This document shows, piece after piece, positions 46,885 through 58,467 of a stretch of 58,467 nucleotides of DNA. The DNA comes from Atractiella rhizophila. Lineage: Eukaryota. The stretch is taken from positions 1 to 58,467 of the forward strand of contig MU271214.1 of the NCBI GenBank assembly GCA_021432655.1. Direction: 5' to 3'. The stretch's first letter is position 1. Every line of letters starts with the position of its first letter. The position numbers and the translations under genes are program-made. Under the pieces are notes generated by a model, which was given only the letters and a program-made list of their open reading frames with translations, did not search any database and had not been told where the DNA came from.

Positions 46885-49831
46885 CTAACAATACACTTTA
46901 ACGATCCCATCCGCACCAGCGCTCCCTAAGACAGGAGAAGTCGGGTGGTACTTGACGTCTAGGATACCTTCGCCACCCTTATTCCGGTGGCTTGAGATCT
47001 CCTGCACGCAGGTCTTCGACTGGATATCCCAGAACCGGATGGAGCAATCGTGCCCGCCGGATACGAGCGTGAGGCCTGATGGATCGATATCGAGGGATGT
47101 AACGGAATCGAGATGAGCAAGCATCGAGTGCGTACATGCGCCTGTTTAGGAGAAGATCGACATCAGATGGATGACAGAAGGAGAATGAATGAGATGAAGG
47201 TACCTGTGTTGATGTCGAAGAATCGGATATATTTGTCTTCGTGGGCTGTTATCAGTAACGGAAGGGTCGGATGGGTGATGACTTTGTTGATCTGCGTTGC
47301 TGGTGTTCCATCTAGCATCACTAACATCAATCTCCTAGCAAATAAAGATGGAAAGTTCAATGACACACCGCTCGTCTCATCGCTCTTAAACTTGAGAACC
47401 ATCCTTCCCGTTTCAAGATCAAAAAGCCTAACCACCGAATCCTGCCACCCAACTGCGAGTTTCTTCATATCGCTATTGACGACCGCAACCGAGGTCGGAG
47501 CGAGTTGTTTCTCCTCTCCTTCTCCTCCAGCACCGCGATAATCCCAACTGCTCTTCAACGGGTTCTTGAGCGTTTCAGTGCTCCACACTTTGACCGTCCC
47601 ATCCGCGCTGCTCGTCGCCAATAAATTCTTGAAAGGTAGGAGCGCCATGTCCCAGATCGCGTCTGAGTGCCCGACGAGTGTCGTGATCTTCATGCTCGGG
47701 TCGTACGGAGCATATGTCTCCCGATCCCGTGATGGAATCGCCCAGACGTGCACAGTCGCGTCTAGAGAGGAAGAGTAGATCCGTTCCTGTTGTGTAGACA
47801 GTGCTATACTTGTTACGGTGGAGGAATGGCCACGGAATGTGACTTGCGGTTCCGTCTCTGGTAATGACGACCGCATGCTGTATTCCAATGTCAAACAACG
47901 TGCCAAAAAAATGGGAAAGGATACGCACTTGTTCGCTCCCAAAGACTGAGACGATAACCGCCAGAATTTCACGGTACAATCGTCACCTCCGCTCGCAATA
48001 CTAAGATCCTGCCAATCGAACGCAATGCAGCGGACCGAATCCAAATGGCTGTCGTCCATCACAACACATTAGACCTTCAAAACCAATTCTTGCTCGAAAG
48101 CGAGGGATGAAAAACGCACCTTCTCAGCGTCTTCCGTGCCCTCCACACCTTATGTCCGGTCCCATTAGTCTCCTCCTTCTCGTCCTCCCACTTTTCCTCC
48201 CCTCCCCTCTCCCCAATCTCATCTTTCTTCTTCAGCTTTTCACTCTTAACAGCCATCCCCATTCCTTCCCCCGCCTTCCTCAGACGCTCCTTCCACTCCT
48301 CACTACTCCCCGGCCTAAAAATGGCCGTCACCCTGTTCCCAACTTGCGACTCATCATATTCGCTAGCTGCAGCGGATAGATCCTCATAATCTGAGCCGGC
48401 AAAAGCGGAGGCGACTACACCAGCGGAAGAAGGAGGAGAGGACCTGTGCTCGTTCCCTTGTTGAGATTGGATCTGGGGAGGTGCAGCCTTCTCTTTCTCA
48501 CGGAGCATGGTGAACATGTCGCCCGCGATGTGGCTCCCCGATCCATGTGGAGCTTCCGACCCTACGTTCGCGACTGGTGGTGCACCAGTATGGGGTAGAG
48601 GTTCACCAGTGGACATTGTGGAGGGAGGAGGGACGGAGTTGAGGGATTTCCGGATGCGAGGGATGCCTGACCATGTGTGGCTTGGTAAGGGATTGAGGGT
48701 CGCATTCGAAGTGAGGTAGGTGATTTCTTGCAGACATCTTTCAACACCAAAACCGTTCACCCATGTCATCTGAGGAAGAATCAAAAGACGAACTGCTTCA
48801 AATAATCCCTGCTCCTCGCCTTCCCTCGTCCTACATTCACCCCTCCTCCTCCCGCTCCTACTCCACCCCAAGTCCCCCCAAAACGGTCCGCGACATTGGG
48901 TAGGTCTCCATCTCCTTTCAGGAGCGGGGAGCTAGCACCGGAGTCCGTTCCTCCGCGTTCTATGCTCGCGAGTGCGGCCACCTTGGAAGGCGGTATTGCG
49001 GACGCTGGATGAGCAGGTAAGGAAGCAGGGTGCGGTGGGACGGAGGTGGGAGGAGAGCTGTTAGGTCCACCGGGGTGCGGAATGGCGCTGTTCAGGTTCG
49101 AGGTGAGGTACTTGGACCGCTCTTGTTTGAGCGCGAATTCGAGCATCTTCACCCGACGCATTAAATCCGTCTTGAGATTCTCCATCGACCGTCGTTCTCC
49201 TTCAAGTAATGCTATCCGTGCCTGCAAACAAGGGTGTATTAGTATTCACATCTTATTTGCAGACTTCAAGGAGGATCAAGTGTGGCATTGACACTTCGAA
49301 GCTCAAAAAGCCTAGTCTGTCTCTGCGAAACACCTCATTCCACTTAGAATGTACGTCATTGAACCCTTCTGCTCCTCCCACACGTCAAGGGGATCTAATA
49401 TAAATGCATATGCAGTAGACAGGTGCAGAACGACAATGTCCTCAGCACGCTCAGTTTCTTTCGAAAGTTTTTTGCTCCAACCTGAATGTAAAGAAACGCC
49501 GTACCCTCATCTCAGCTCTCTCAATCTCCCACTCGTTCCTATCCCTCTCAAACTTCCTCCACTCCGCCTGCAAATAATGCAGCACGTTCCCCAGATTCAT
49601 ATGCACCATCCCTCCACCCCCACCCATGCTTCCCACGCCAACTCCTGGGGGACCCATATGCTGGACATGCTGCTGCTGCTGCTGTTGGCCCTGACCCTGT
49701 TGCTGTTGCTGCTGAGGAGGGTTTGGGTTCTGGTCGAATATGGACGGCTGCTGTTCCTGCGCGGAATAGGAAGGCTGCGAGTTCTGAGGCAGGGAGATTG
49801 AGAGGGACGAGGGTGGCTGCCACGGTAACAT
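46885..49831 (-). CDS. Striatin (STRIPAK scaffold; Far8/PRO11 homologue)
   Basis: Striatin domain NLGNVLHYLQAEWRKFERDRNEWEIERAEMR/ARIALLEGERR...RRVKMLEFALKQER; RSRDYLKQ/CLQEITYL; C-terminal WD40 repeats ending SAGADGIVKVY. Confidence 0.96.
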
Positions 49832-50519
49832 TGCAGAATCGAGGAGGGTATTACGGGGGATTAGCGAAAAGAGGAGAAGAAGTGTCGTGCGTGGTCGTGT
49901 TCAGTCGGGAGATAGGGTTAGGGACTCCTCACAAAAACATGCAATATAATATTTAAATCGTAATGTTGAACAGTTGTGCAGCAGTATGATATGAGAGCGA
50001 TACCGTATGGTGTTAGGCTGTTGCTCAAGACGTTGAGTTGCTCAATTACAGACTTCGCGCAGTGTGTCTCTTTCCTCGTTCTTCCAGCTCGGGTACAACC
50101 ACTGGGTTAGTATGACGCTTCTCCTTCTTGTTCCCGTCTTCCTTACTGTCCCCTCTTTAACTTCCTCTTTTTAATTGGCGCAGCTTAGAGGTATTTTCTT
50201 TCGTTCGCCAAAGTCACGTGACCTAACTGACCTCAATATTTATCCTGATTTTTTGGTATCATTAACAATGCCTGAAGAGGGATGGTTCTGAATTCATGAA
50301 GATCTTGTTCTCTCCTCTCTATTAAGTGAAAATATTTTGTTCTCTTCGCAAGCAGATGGAAATTATAATGATTCTTGCAGTGCTGTACTAAGTTTATGCT
50401 GAGGATATTATGGTACAAAATTGTGGAAACAACAACATTATTGATACAACCACAGGCGTTAGTTCTGTTGGCTATGTCACGCGCAGTGACTGCTGAGTTG
50501 GATATATTTATGGTCTTGT

Positions 50520-53500
50520 TCACGGATTTCGTTCTTCTGGAGGTCTGGCGCTATTTCTCAGCCACACATTCACAATAAATAGACAGGACGAACCTCCACT
50601 TGACGCCCAATATTCTAAAGATTTCTTCTTCACTTTCTCCCGCCACCTTCTCCCCATTCGTCGTCTTCGCTCCTCCCGCCTGCTTCCTCAGTACCTGTCC
50701 AATACGTGAGCCTCTGGTGTTTTGTTGCACCACACAATTTGATGAGACGAACCCCTTTATACAGTCCACATTGGTTCAGACTGTACCCCATATGCCGAGC
50801 CTTCAAACGCAAGGATCGGTTGAAAATATCGTTTCCAGTGAAGTAGATCCACGCCGCACCACGTTCATCCCAGGGAACACCAAGAATATCTACTCTTTTG
50901 TTAACACCTGGTCTTCTGGAGGCAACGGAAAGTAACAGACCAATGCGGCGCTGTTTGCCATCAGGGGTCGACTTGCAGAGCCCCATGTAACTGGAGTCGC
51001 CGTCATACAAATTATATGAGGGAGGGGACACGCACCGAAAACTGAGCGATTCGTAGCAATCCGGTTCACCCAGATCGAAGGTGATAATGCCAGCTTCCTT
51101 GAGCCTTCCGAGGAGCGGCTTGATCAGACCTACGAAGAAAGATCAGCTTCATTAGGATAACTATGGGCGGAAATATGGGCGGAAACGGAGCTGCAAACCT
51201 CTATGATCTCTTCCGTGCGTTGGATTTCTCGTCAAACAAAAGTCAATATCCCCACTATCCTTCGCTCCTCTCCTGTAGGATCCCATGATGGTCAACTCCA
51301 GTCGTTTGTCCAAACCCCTTGCTACTTCCTTCACCTTCTTCCCGATCAATTCGATCTCCTCTCGAGGAATGCGACACTTCAAATCTTCGTAAAACCTCAA
51401 CCCGATCTCCTGCGCCGTACTCAGCTTAATCCCTTCAAATGTGCGCTCTCGCAAGTCTTCGATCGTTCGCGCTCCAGCTCGATACCATTTCGACGCCGTT
51501 GTCTTTCCCACTCCTACAGAATAACTGCATGAGTATGCATTCTTGGAGAGGCAGGAGCGAACCGTAAATGTCACTGAATACGGAGACCACCTTATCTTCC
51601 TCTGTCACCATCTCTAAACGACGATGATTACCGGTCTTGACAATCTCGACAATCTGTTGACATGTCATGTCGGTCGGGCGGTAAGCTGTGTTTGGAGGAT
51701 GGCTCACCTTATGAGCAGTTTGCGCACCGACACCAGGTAGAGCGATAGCTTTCTGGTATGTATCAACGAGGTGGGTACACTTTCGTAACGCAGTTTGAGC
51801 TGAACCTATTGATGAGCCACATCCGATGAGATGAGGAGTAGAAACCTCACCTTTTGATAAGGCCATTTGGCGCCAATTGTCTGCGGCAATAGACTTCATC
51901 TTCTCCAACTGAAAACTGAGATCAGCGGTCCGACCCTCGACATGATAAGTACACATACCACCTGTATGGTGTGTTGATTGGGCCCATTGTCCCTAGCTCC
52001 CTTCATGTTCTGGCCCTCACATATGTATCGAGCCCCCTAATCACACACATTAGGCCGCACAATGAATTGGAAGCAAAACCCAACCCTTCGATCGACAACC
52101 TGCTTCTTATTCTTCCTCCTGTTCTTTGCCTTCAATCGACCTTCATCGTTATCCTTATCGTCCTCAGAGTCGCCTGGACCTGGCTCTTCATTTAGGAGCA
52201 TGAGCGGGTTTATCATTCCTTTTGCATCAGCAGCCTCCTCTTCCCACTCCTCCTGAATATCCTTGTCAATCAGCCAAGCCCTGAAATAGATCGAAAATAT
52301 ACGATGTACCTCACCAGTATCGTCACCCAATCGAGCAAGCTCAAGCTCCCTAGACATATCCTCAAACTTGTCTTCTTTCCTGATCGCCTTTGAACTATCG
52401 CCATGATCGACGGAGTATTCAATGGAATCCTCATCTTCTACCTCGCCTAATTTCGATCCTTGCTGGTCCACCTCATCTATGGGTTCTGAAGGACGGGTGG
52501 ACGTCTCTTGGGAGCTGATCGGAGGTTGATACTTCGAATATCCCTTTCTTACGATACTGCGTACACATCACCTCACAATTCTGAGGAAGGATAACGGATG
52601 TGAAGCCACATACCTCGAATTTGACCGACTCGCCCTGTCTTGCCCGTCACTTGAACCAATTCGCCAACGATCAGCACTAGCTGCTGCATTATTAAAAACA
52701 TACACAGCTTTCCCTGTCATCATCGAACCGGCTTTCTTGTCATTTTCGAAGAGATTCACCATCCAAGGTTTGTAGTCGCTTACGAATTTGATCTTCATCG
52801 CATTGAGCCACCAATGGTGTTTCACAACCTTGACCCCTCTCAAATTCTCTAGGTCTTCTTCGAGCATGCCCAACGATTCCAAAAGACCCTTCTTCCACCT
52901 TCCTCCAGTCCTCTCCAAAGTATCATACGACTCAGGGAGGATGATGTGCGTTGTCCTCTTCTCTTCCGGCCCATTGAGGACGAGTTCCAGGTGAAGGTCG
53001 GCTCCATGTTTCAGGGAGTTAAGCATCCTCAAACGAATGGCGGTATCGAGCATTCCGTGCTTCCTGTCTACATTCGCGTTCACCAGGGATAACCTGAGCC
53101 GTGCGGAAGTGGGAGGAGGTATGACTGGATTGACGAAATGGAACCTGAGACCATTAAACACCTTCTTCCTCTCGCCAGCACCGCCAGCATCCCCACCCTT
53201 CGTCTCGTCGTCCTCTGATTCAGAATCATCGCTGTCCCTGTGCACGATCCTCGGGTGGGTCTCGTCCCATTTCTTCTGAGCTAACAGGAGCTCTCCATAC
53301 GCCTTGATTGTAGGATATTCTTTCAAGATCTTCGTCGGAAGTGGTTCCACCGGCCGAGCATCTCCTTGACCGGAACGCGAATTCCTTCCCCTCTTCCCGG
53401 TCGTCGGTGCGGCGGCAGCATGAGTGGTGGACGATGCGGGGGCGTTGTTACTCTTCCGTTTCTTTGCTGGCGGTGGGACGTCTTCATTCTTCTTCCTGGA

Positions 53501-54679
53501 ACGCGCGAAAACGGGAGGAGAATCAGCACGGCGCTTCAAGGCTGGTGCAGGTCGTGGAGAGGAATGAGGTGGCAGGGAGTGGGAGCGAGACACTGAAGAC
53601 GGTGGATGAACTGGATCCTCGATTGTTTTTGGTTCTCGCACCAAAAGACTACCGAGCAAGGTACTTCGTTCACCTTGCTGGTTCCAAGTCTCCTGCCCCA
53701 ACCCCAACCGCCCTTCCGTGTCTTTCGGGGTCAATCTGGATTCTCCGTCGTTCACCACATCACGTTGCTTCTCCCCATGACAGAGCACGTCTTTCCCGCC
53801 CATACCAGAGTCAATACTGGCCTCTTCCTCCGTCCCCCTCCTCTTCACGATCCATACTGGGCCTTCTTCGTACTTCCTCTTGGTCCCATCGCGCTTCTCA
53901 CTCTTTCCACTCTGGTCCTTCTGCCTTTCTGTTTCCTTTTCCTTCAGACTATCCTTCTCCTTCTGCGTTTCCTTAGCGATGGGAAGGCTGACGTAGCGCT
54001 GAGAAGATGCGAGTGTATTCAACTGCTGAGTGGGTAGAGGGTGGGAAATTGATGAGGAGAGGAGAATAGGTGGAGGACGCGGTGGAGGCAGAGCGAAGGA
54101 AGGGATCAGAGAGGTGGAACCATCTACGCCTTGTATATGCGATACAATAGAGGAAGCCTTCGCCCCTTGAGCCCGTTCATTTTCCGAATTTGGCGTCCCA
54201 TGAAAGTCAGATCTTAGCACGTCGTCAGAGAGGTGCTTGAAAATATCCTGGCGAGTAGTATAATTCTTGGTTATTGTATCTGATACCTTCTTGGGATGGA
54301 CCGGTATCCCTTGCGCGGACAAGACGAAGATGGATTGTCGACGTTTCTGTTCGTTCCCGCTCTCCATGCTCGTCTTCAGCCCACTCCATGGATTGTTGAT
54401 GCCATTTTGACTCTGTTCGATCTGTCTCCTGCCCTCCTCTTCTTCCTCCTTCGAACCAGCAAGTATGACCTTTAAGCTGCCTTTGATTAACCCCTCCCTC
54501 TCTTCCTCCTCTTCTGCAGCCTCCTTACCCTCCAAAAGTTCAAACATCTCCTTCTGCTGCCTCAAAAACCTCTCATTAAGATCCTCTTCCTTCATCTCCC
54601 TCCGTATCTCCTTCTCCACTTCCATCTCCTCCGAAGAACTCCAAACATCTCTGAAATCTTGAGCATCCATGGATAACAT
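50520..54679 (-). CDS. X-family DNA polymerase (Pol lambda/Pol4-like) with a long N-terminal region and BRCT-like domain
   Basis: ALPGVGAQTAHK, IYG/VGKTTASKWY..GARTIEDL, MGSYRRGAKDSGDIDF, RRI/DIL, YFTGNDIFNRSLRLKARHMGYSLNQ and EEEIFRILGVKWRPPEERNP. BRCT-like FNGLRFHF..TTHII..VVKHHWWL. Confidence 0.92.
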
Positions 54680-57110
54680 GTGTGTGTAATGTGCGTCCCG
54701 ATCGGATGGGGTGACGAGAGAAGACTGCAGGAGGAAGGAGGATGCTTGGTTGGGGAAAGAGTAGTTCGTAACGTGTTGAGCCGTAATGTGGACCAAGAGG
54801 TCGGATGAAGCTAATTTTGAAGGGTGCTTGACGTTGGAAAGTCTGTGACAGGGTCAATCACTGTAGTCTGTTTCCCGAAGGTGGAACACACGGGTCACCA
54901 GGTCCCACCGTCTGCTGGCGACTGGGCATCGCACAAAATATTCAGATATGTACAATATGCAAAGTAACAGCAAACATGGACTCTGAAAATGAAATAATTG
55001 TCTCTGGCTTTCAGACAGTCCAAGTCATTTCGACAACAATGGTTGTCAAACAGTGTTCATGATATGAGTCATTAATACCTTACATTGTCCGAATTATTTT
55101 CTCTTCGCATTTGACTTTTGAACAACCTTGCAAGTTACAAAATATCTACGAACCTAAGTGAGTCGGCTCAAAAGGTATAAGGTCGATCGCAAGTGCTCAA
55201 TCCATTTCTTGCAGTAGTCATAACTTGTGCCTGTTTTCAAAGTTATTCGACACAACGCATGCATCCAGCCGTGGTAGAAATAAGAGTCCTATAATTCTCA
55301 GATCGCAAAGCGAGGTCTGTGACTTGCATTACTCTGTGTGACAGACCAGGTTCAAGTTCGTAGACCACCCACCAGATACTGTAGAAGATCTTCGGCGAGA
55401 AGTACTCTTCAGGGGGTGCACATGGTCTTCGACTTTATCTCATGCTTTCGTGATCTCTTATCTATGCCGAACTTGGAACTGCTCCAACTCCCAACCTGTT
55501 GACACCACCCCTTCACTTTCTTCGGATTCAGACTATCCTTCTCCTTCTGCGTTTCCTTAGCGATGGGAAGGCTGACGTAGCGCTGAGAAGATGCGAGTGT
55601 ATTCAACTGCTGAGTGGGTAGAGGGTGGGAAATTGATGAGGAGAGGAGAATAGGTGGAGGACGCGGTGGAGGCAGAGCGAAGGAAGGGATCAGAGAGGTG
55701 GAACCATCTACGCCTTGTATATGCGATACAATAGAGGAAGCCTTCGCCCCTTGAGCCCGTTCATTTTCCGAATTTGGCGTCCCATGAAAGTCAGATCTTA
55801 GCACGTCGTCAGAGAGGTGCTTGAAAATATCCTGGCGAGTAGTATAATTCTTGGTTATTGTATCTGATACCTTCTTGGGATGGACCGGTATCCCTTGCGC
55901 GGACAAGACGAAGATGGATTGTCGACGTTTCTGTTCGTTCCCGCTCTCCATGCTCGTCTTCAGCCCACTCCATGGATTGTTGATGCCATTTTGACTCTGT
56001 TCGATCTGTCTCCTGCCCTCCTCTTCTTCCTCCTTCGAACCAGCAAGTATGACCTTTAAGCTGCCTTTGATTAACCCCTCCCTCTCTTCCTCCTCTTCTG
56101 CAGCCTCCTTACCCTCCAAAAGTTCAAACATCTCCTTCTGCTGCCTCAAAAACCTCTCATTAAGATCCTCTTCCTTCATCTCCCTCCGTATCTCCTTCTC
56201 CACTTCCATCTCCTCCGAAGAACTCCAAACATCTCTGAAATCTTGAGCATCCATGGATAACATGTGTGTGTAATGTGCGTCCCGATCGGATGGGGTGACG
56301 AGAGAAGACTGCAGGAGGAAGGAGGATGCTTGGTTGGGGAAAGAGTAGTTCGTAACGTGTTGAGCCGTAATGTGGACCAAGAGGTCGGATGAAGCTAATT
56401 TTGAAGGGTGCTTGACGTTGGAAAGTCTGTGACAGGGTCAATCACTGTAGTCTGTTTCCCGAAGGTGGAACACACGGGTCACCAGGTCCCACCGTCTGCT
56501 GGCGACTGGGCATCGCACAAAATATTCAGATATGTACAATATGCAAAGTAACAGCAAACATGGACTCTGAAAATGAAATAATTGTCTCTGGCTTTCAGAC
56601 AGTCCAAGTCATTTCGACAACAATGGTTTGTCAAACAGTGTTCATGATATGAGTCATTAATACCTTACATTGTCCGAATTATTTTCTCTTCGCATTTGAC
56701 TTTTGAACAACCTTGCAAGTTACAAAATATCTACGAACCTAAGTGAGTCGGCTCAAAAGGTATAAGGTCGATCGCAAGTGCTCAATCCATTTCTTGCAGT
56801 AGTCATAACTTGTGCCTGTTTTCAAAGTTATTCGACACAACGCATGCATCCAGCCGTGGTAGAAATAAGAGTCCTATAATTCTCAGATCGCAAAGCGAGG
56901 TCTGTGACTTGCATTACTCTGTGTGACAGACCAGGTTCAAGTTCGTAGACCACCCACCAGATACTGTAGAAGATCTTCGGCGAGAAGTACTCTTCAGGGG
57001 GTGCACATGGTCTTCGACTTTATCTCACGCTTTCGTGATCTCTCATCTATGCCGAACTTGGAACTGCTCCAACTCCCAACCTGTTGACACCACCCCTTCA
57101 CTTTCTTCGG
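53943..57110. repeat. Near-identical 1584-bp tandem duplication (53943-55525 / 55527-57110)
   Basis: Matching ORFs at an offset of 1584. I see only a 1-bp indel and two C/T differences. A single extra A sits at the junction (55526). Confidence 0.95.
55409..56263 (-). pseudogene. Truncated copy of the Pol X N-terminus fused in frame to ~39 novel residues
   Basis: Identical to Pol X up to QKEKDSL, then NPKKVKGWCQQ...KTMCTP-stop. No BRCT or polymerase domain. Confidence 0.8.
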
Positions 57111-57577
57111 CGTCATAGACCTCACAGACATCACATCCACTCTTGCGCTTGCCCACAGACACGTCTGCAAATCTGCGTCTATGATGGATTTCAAGTTGAT
57201 ACTCTTTGCAGCTTCAGACGGATGACATCGATCCTGTAGCACTTTGCGAGACATTTACTTTTGTCTCACTTCACTTCATTGCTCTTCTCTCTCTGAGACC
57301 TTCTTTCTCCTTCCTGAAGCTCGCCATTTCGAAATTCACATTCGCAGATTAGAACGTTACATAATCAAAAAATCCAAGTCGCAGCCAGCATATATGCACA
57401 ATCAGATAACTCTAATAAGAGCTACAATGTAAACCGTCTGTGATTCTTATTGATTCAGATAACATACAGATATACTCTTTAAATCATTCGGGTTCGTTTG
57501 AAGCTTACATGTTGATAGACTCAAATGCCACAAAACATCACAAAAGCTCGAGGAAGTCACATACAATGCTAGCGTAA

Positions 57578-58467
57578 TCAGTCGGGTGTGGGCATTCCTA
57601 AATGCACCTTTTTCCCATGACTTTTGAAATACTCTTCAGGCAAAATCCCCATCCTTCTCACCATTTCGGTGTTATACTGCTCAAAGGCGGGATCTTCATC
57701 CATCCTCTTTCTAAATCGCTCGAACTCCTTCCTTCCGTCTGGACCCTTCGAGTCCAGCATATATCCAACCATCTGCTCCAAAGGAACCTCAGCAACAGGG
57801 ATATCAGGGTCGAAGTTTCCGCTCATCACATCCTCCATCCACGGTTCCATCGGACCTTCTGGCTGGAGAAAGATCATTTTCCCGTTCGGATCAGAAACCA
57901 TGCGTCTGATATCAGAGATATCGAGCTTTTTACTGGATTTTCTAGGAGGCTCTTCCTTCGGGTCCTTCGAGGTAAGGCGGACTCCGTTAACCGTGTTTTC
58001 CATCTGGGTGATAATCGGCTCAGGAACGACGAAATCAAACAATTTGATCGTTGGCAAGACAGACTCGGCGAGCTCAATGGATTTGTCCAGTAGGCCTATC
58101 CCGAAGTAAACGAAAAAGAGACAAATCTTCGAGAACGCGATATTGGGGTAGAATCCGAGTCTTTCCACCTCTGCGTATTTGATTTCCTTGAGCAGCTGAT
58201 TGACGTTCGACTGACCCAATGAATCGGCTTTCTCGCACCATTCGATCAATGTCCCGAGCGTCACCTTCTTGCTGAGGAACGCCCTCCTGTGATCAGACGC
58301 CTTCAATTCCCCGATGTTCTTGAAGTCGCAAACCTCGCAATGGCACTCGAAGGACCACATGCGCTCAAGATCAGATTGTCGTTGAGATCTCGGACGCAGA
58401 ACATCGACATTTTCGGTTGTGATGCTCGCTCCTTTTGGGATGAAGCGGTTCGCAATAACTTGATCGA
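57578..58467 (-). CDS. SET-domain protein paralog of 40225-41839; 5' part outside the window
   Basis: VIANRFIPKGASITTENVDVLRPRSQRQSDLERMWSFECHCEVCDFKNIGELKASD...ILPEEYFK.HGK.VHLGMP is collinear with the first SET gene. Confidence 0.9.
   Translation of the reverse strand, partial: DQVIANRFIPKGASITTENVDVLRPRSQRQSDLERMWSFECHCEVCDFKNIGELKASDHRRAFLSKKVTLGTLIEWCEKADSLGQSNVNQLLKEIKYAEVERLGFYPNIAFSKICLFFVYFGIGLLDKSIELAESVLPTIKLFDFVVPEPIITQMENTVNGVRLTSKDPKEEPPRKSSKKLDISDIRRMVSDPNGKMIFLQPEGPMEPWMEDVMSGNFDPDIPVAEVPLEQMVGYMLDSKGPDGRKEFERFRKRMDEDPAFEQYNTEMVRRMGILPEEYFKSHGKKVHLGMPTPD

Noticed and set aside
49660..49720. CAG/CAA-type repeat
   Set aside because: An ordinary poly-Gln tract in the striatin N-terminus.
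50520..54679. Causal link between the local Pol X (end-joining polymerase) and the duplication hotspot
   Set aside because: The protein acts in trans, so proximity is not evidence.
1..58467. CRISPR arrays, rRNA genes, prokaryotic operons or a biosynthetic gene cluster
   Set aside because: No repeat-spacer periodicity, rRNA motifs or backbone enzymes; the genes are spliced and functionally unrelated.

Overview
Eukaryotic, intron-rich fungal DNA. The ~50-60 nt GT-AG introns with CTRAY branch points and the gene set look basidiomycete; the species cannot be determined from sequence alone. Conserved genes: germin/spherulin cupin, BTB pseudogene, two ZUP1/ZUFSP-type C78 deubiquitinases, atypical SDR, DASH subunit Duo1, tRNA-Leu(AAG), Nup133, F-box, SLC25 mitochondrial carrier, tubulin cofactor E, SET proteins, metallo-beta-lactamase-fold protein, striatin and an X-family DNA polymerase. 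The dominant feature is at least five head-to-tail local duplications whose junctions have 0-3 nt microhomology and mostly fall inside genes. They produce an in-frame carrier::Duo1 chimera under a new promoter, a promoterless intact carrier behind a truncated one, truncated SDR and Pol X copies, and a B-box-mutant tRNA. An ~8.8 kb block next to the tRNA is present in only one duplicate. It carries two intronless ascomycete-like gene types (kinase-like, F-box; HGT candidates), a solo LTR with a 5-bp TSD and a 5'-degraded Nup133. Several genes have unusually long introns; the ~810-nt carrier intron appears to keep the same helices in both diverged copies (candidate structured RNA). All product calls come from motif recognition, not database searches.
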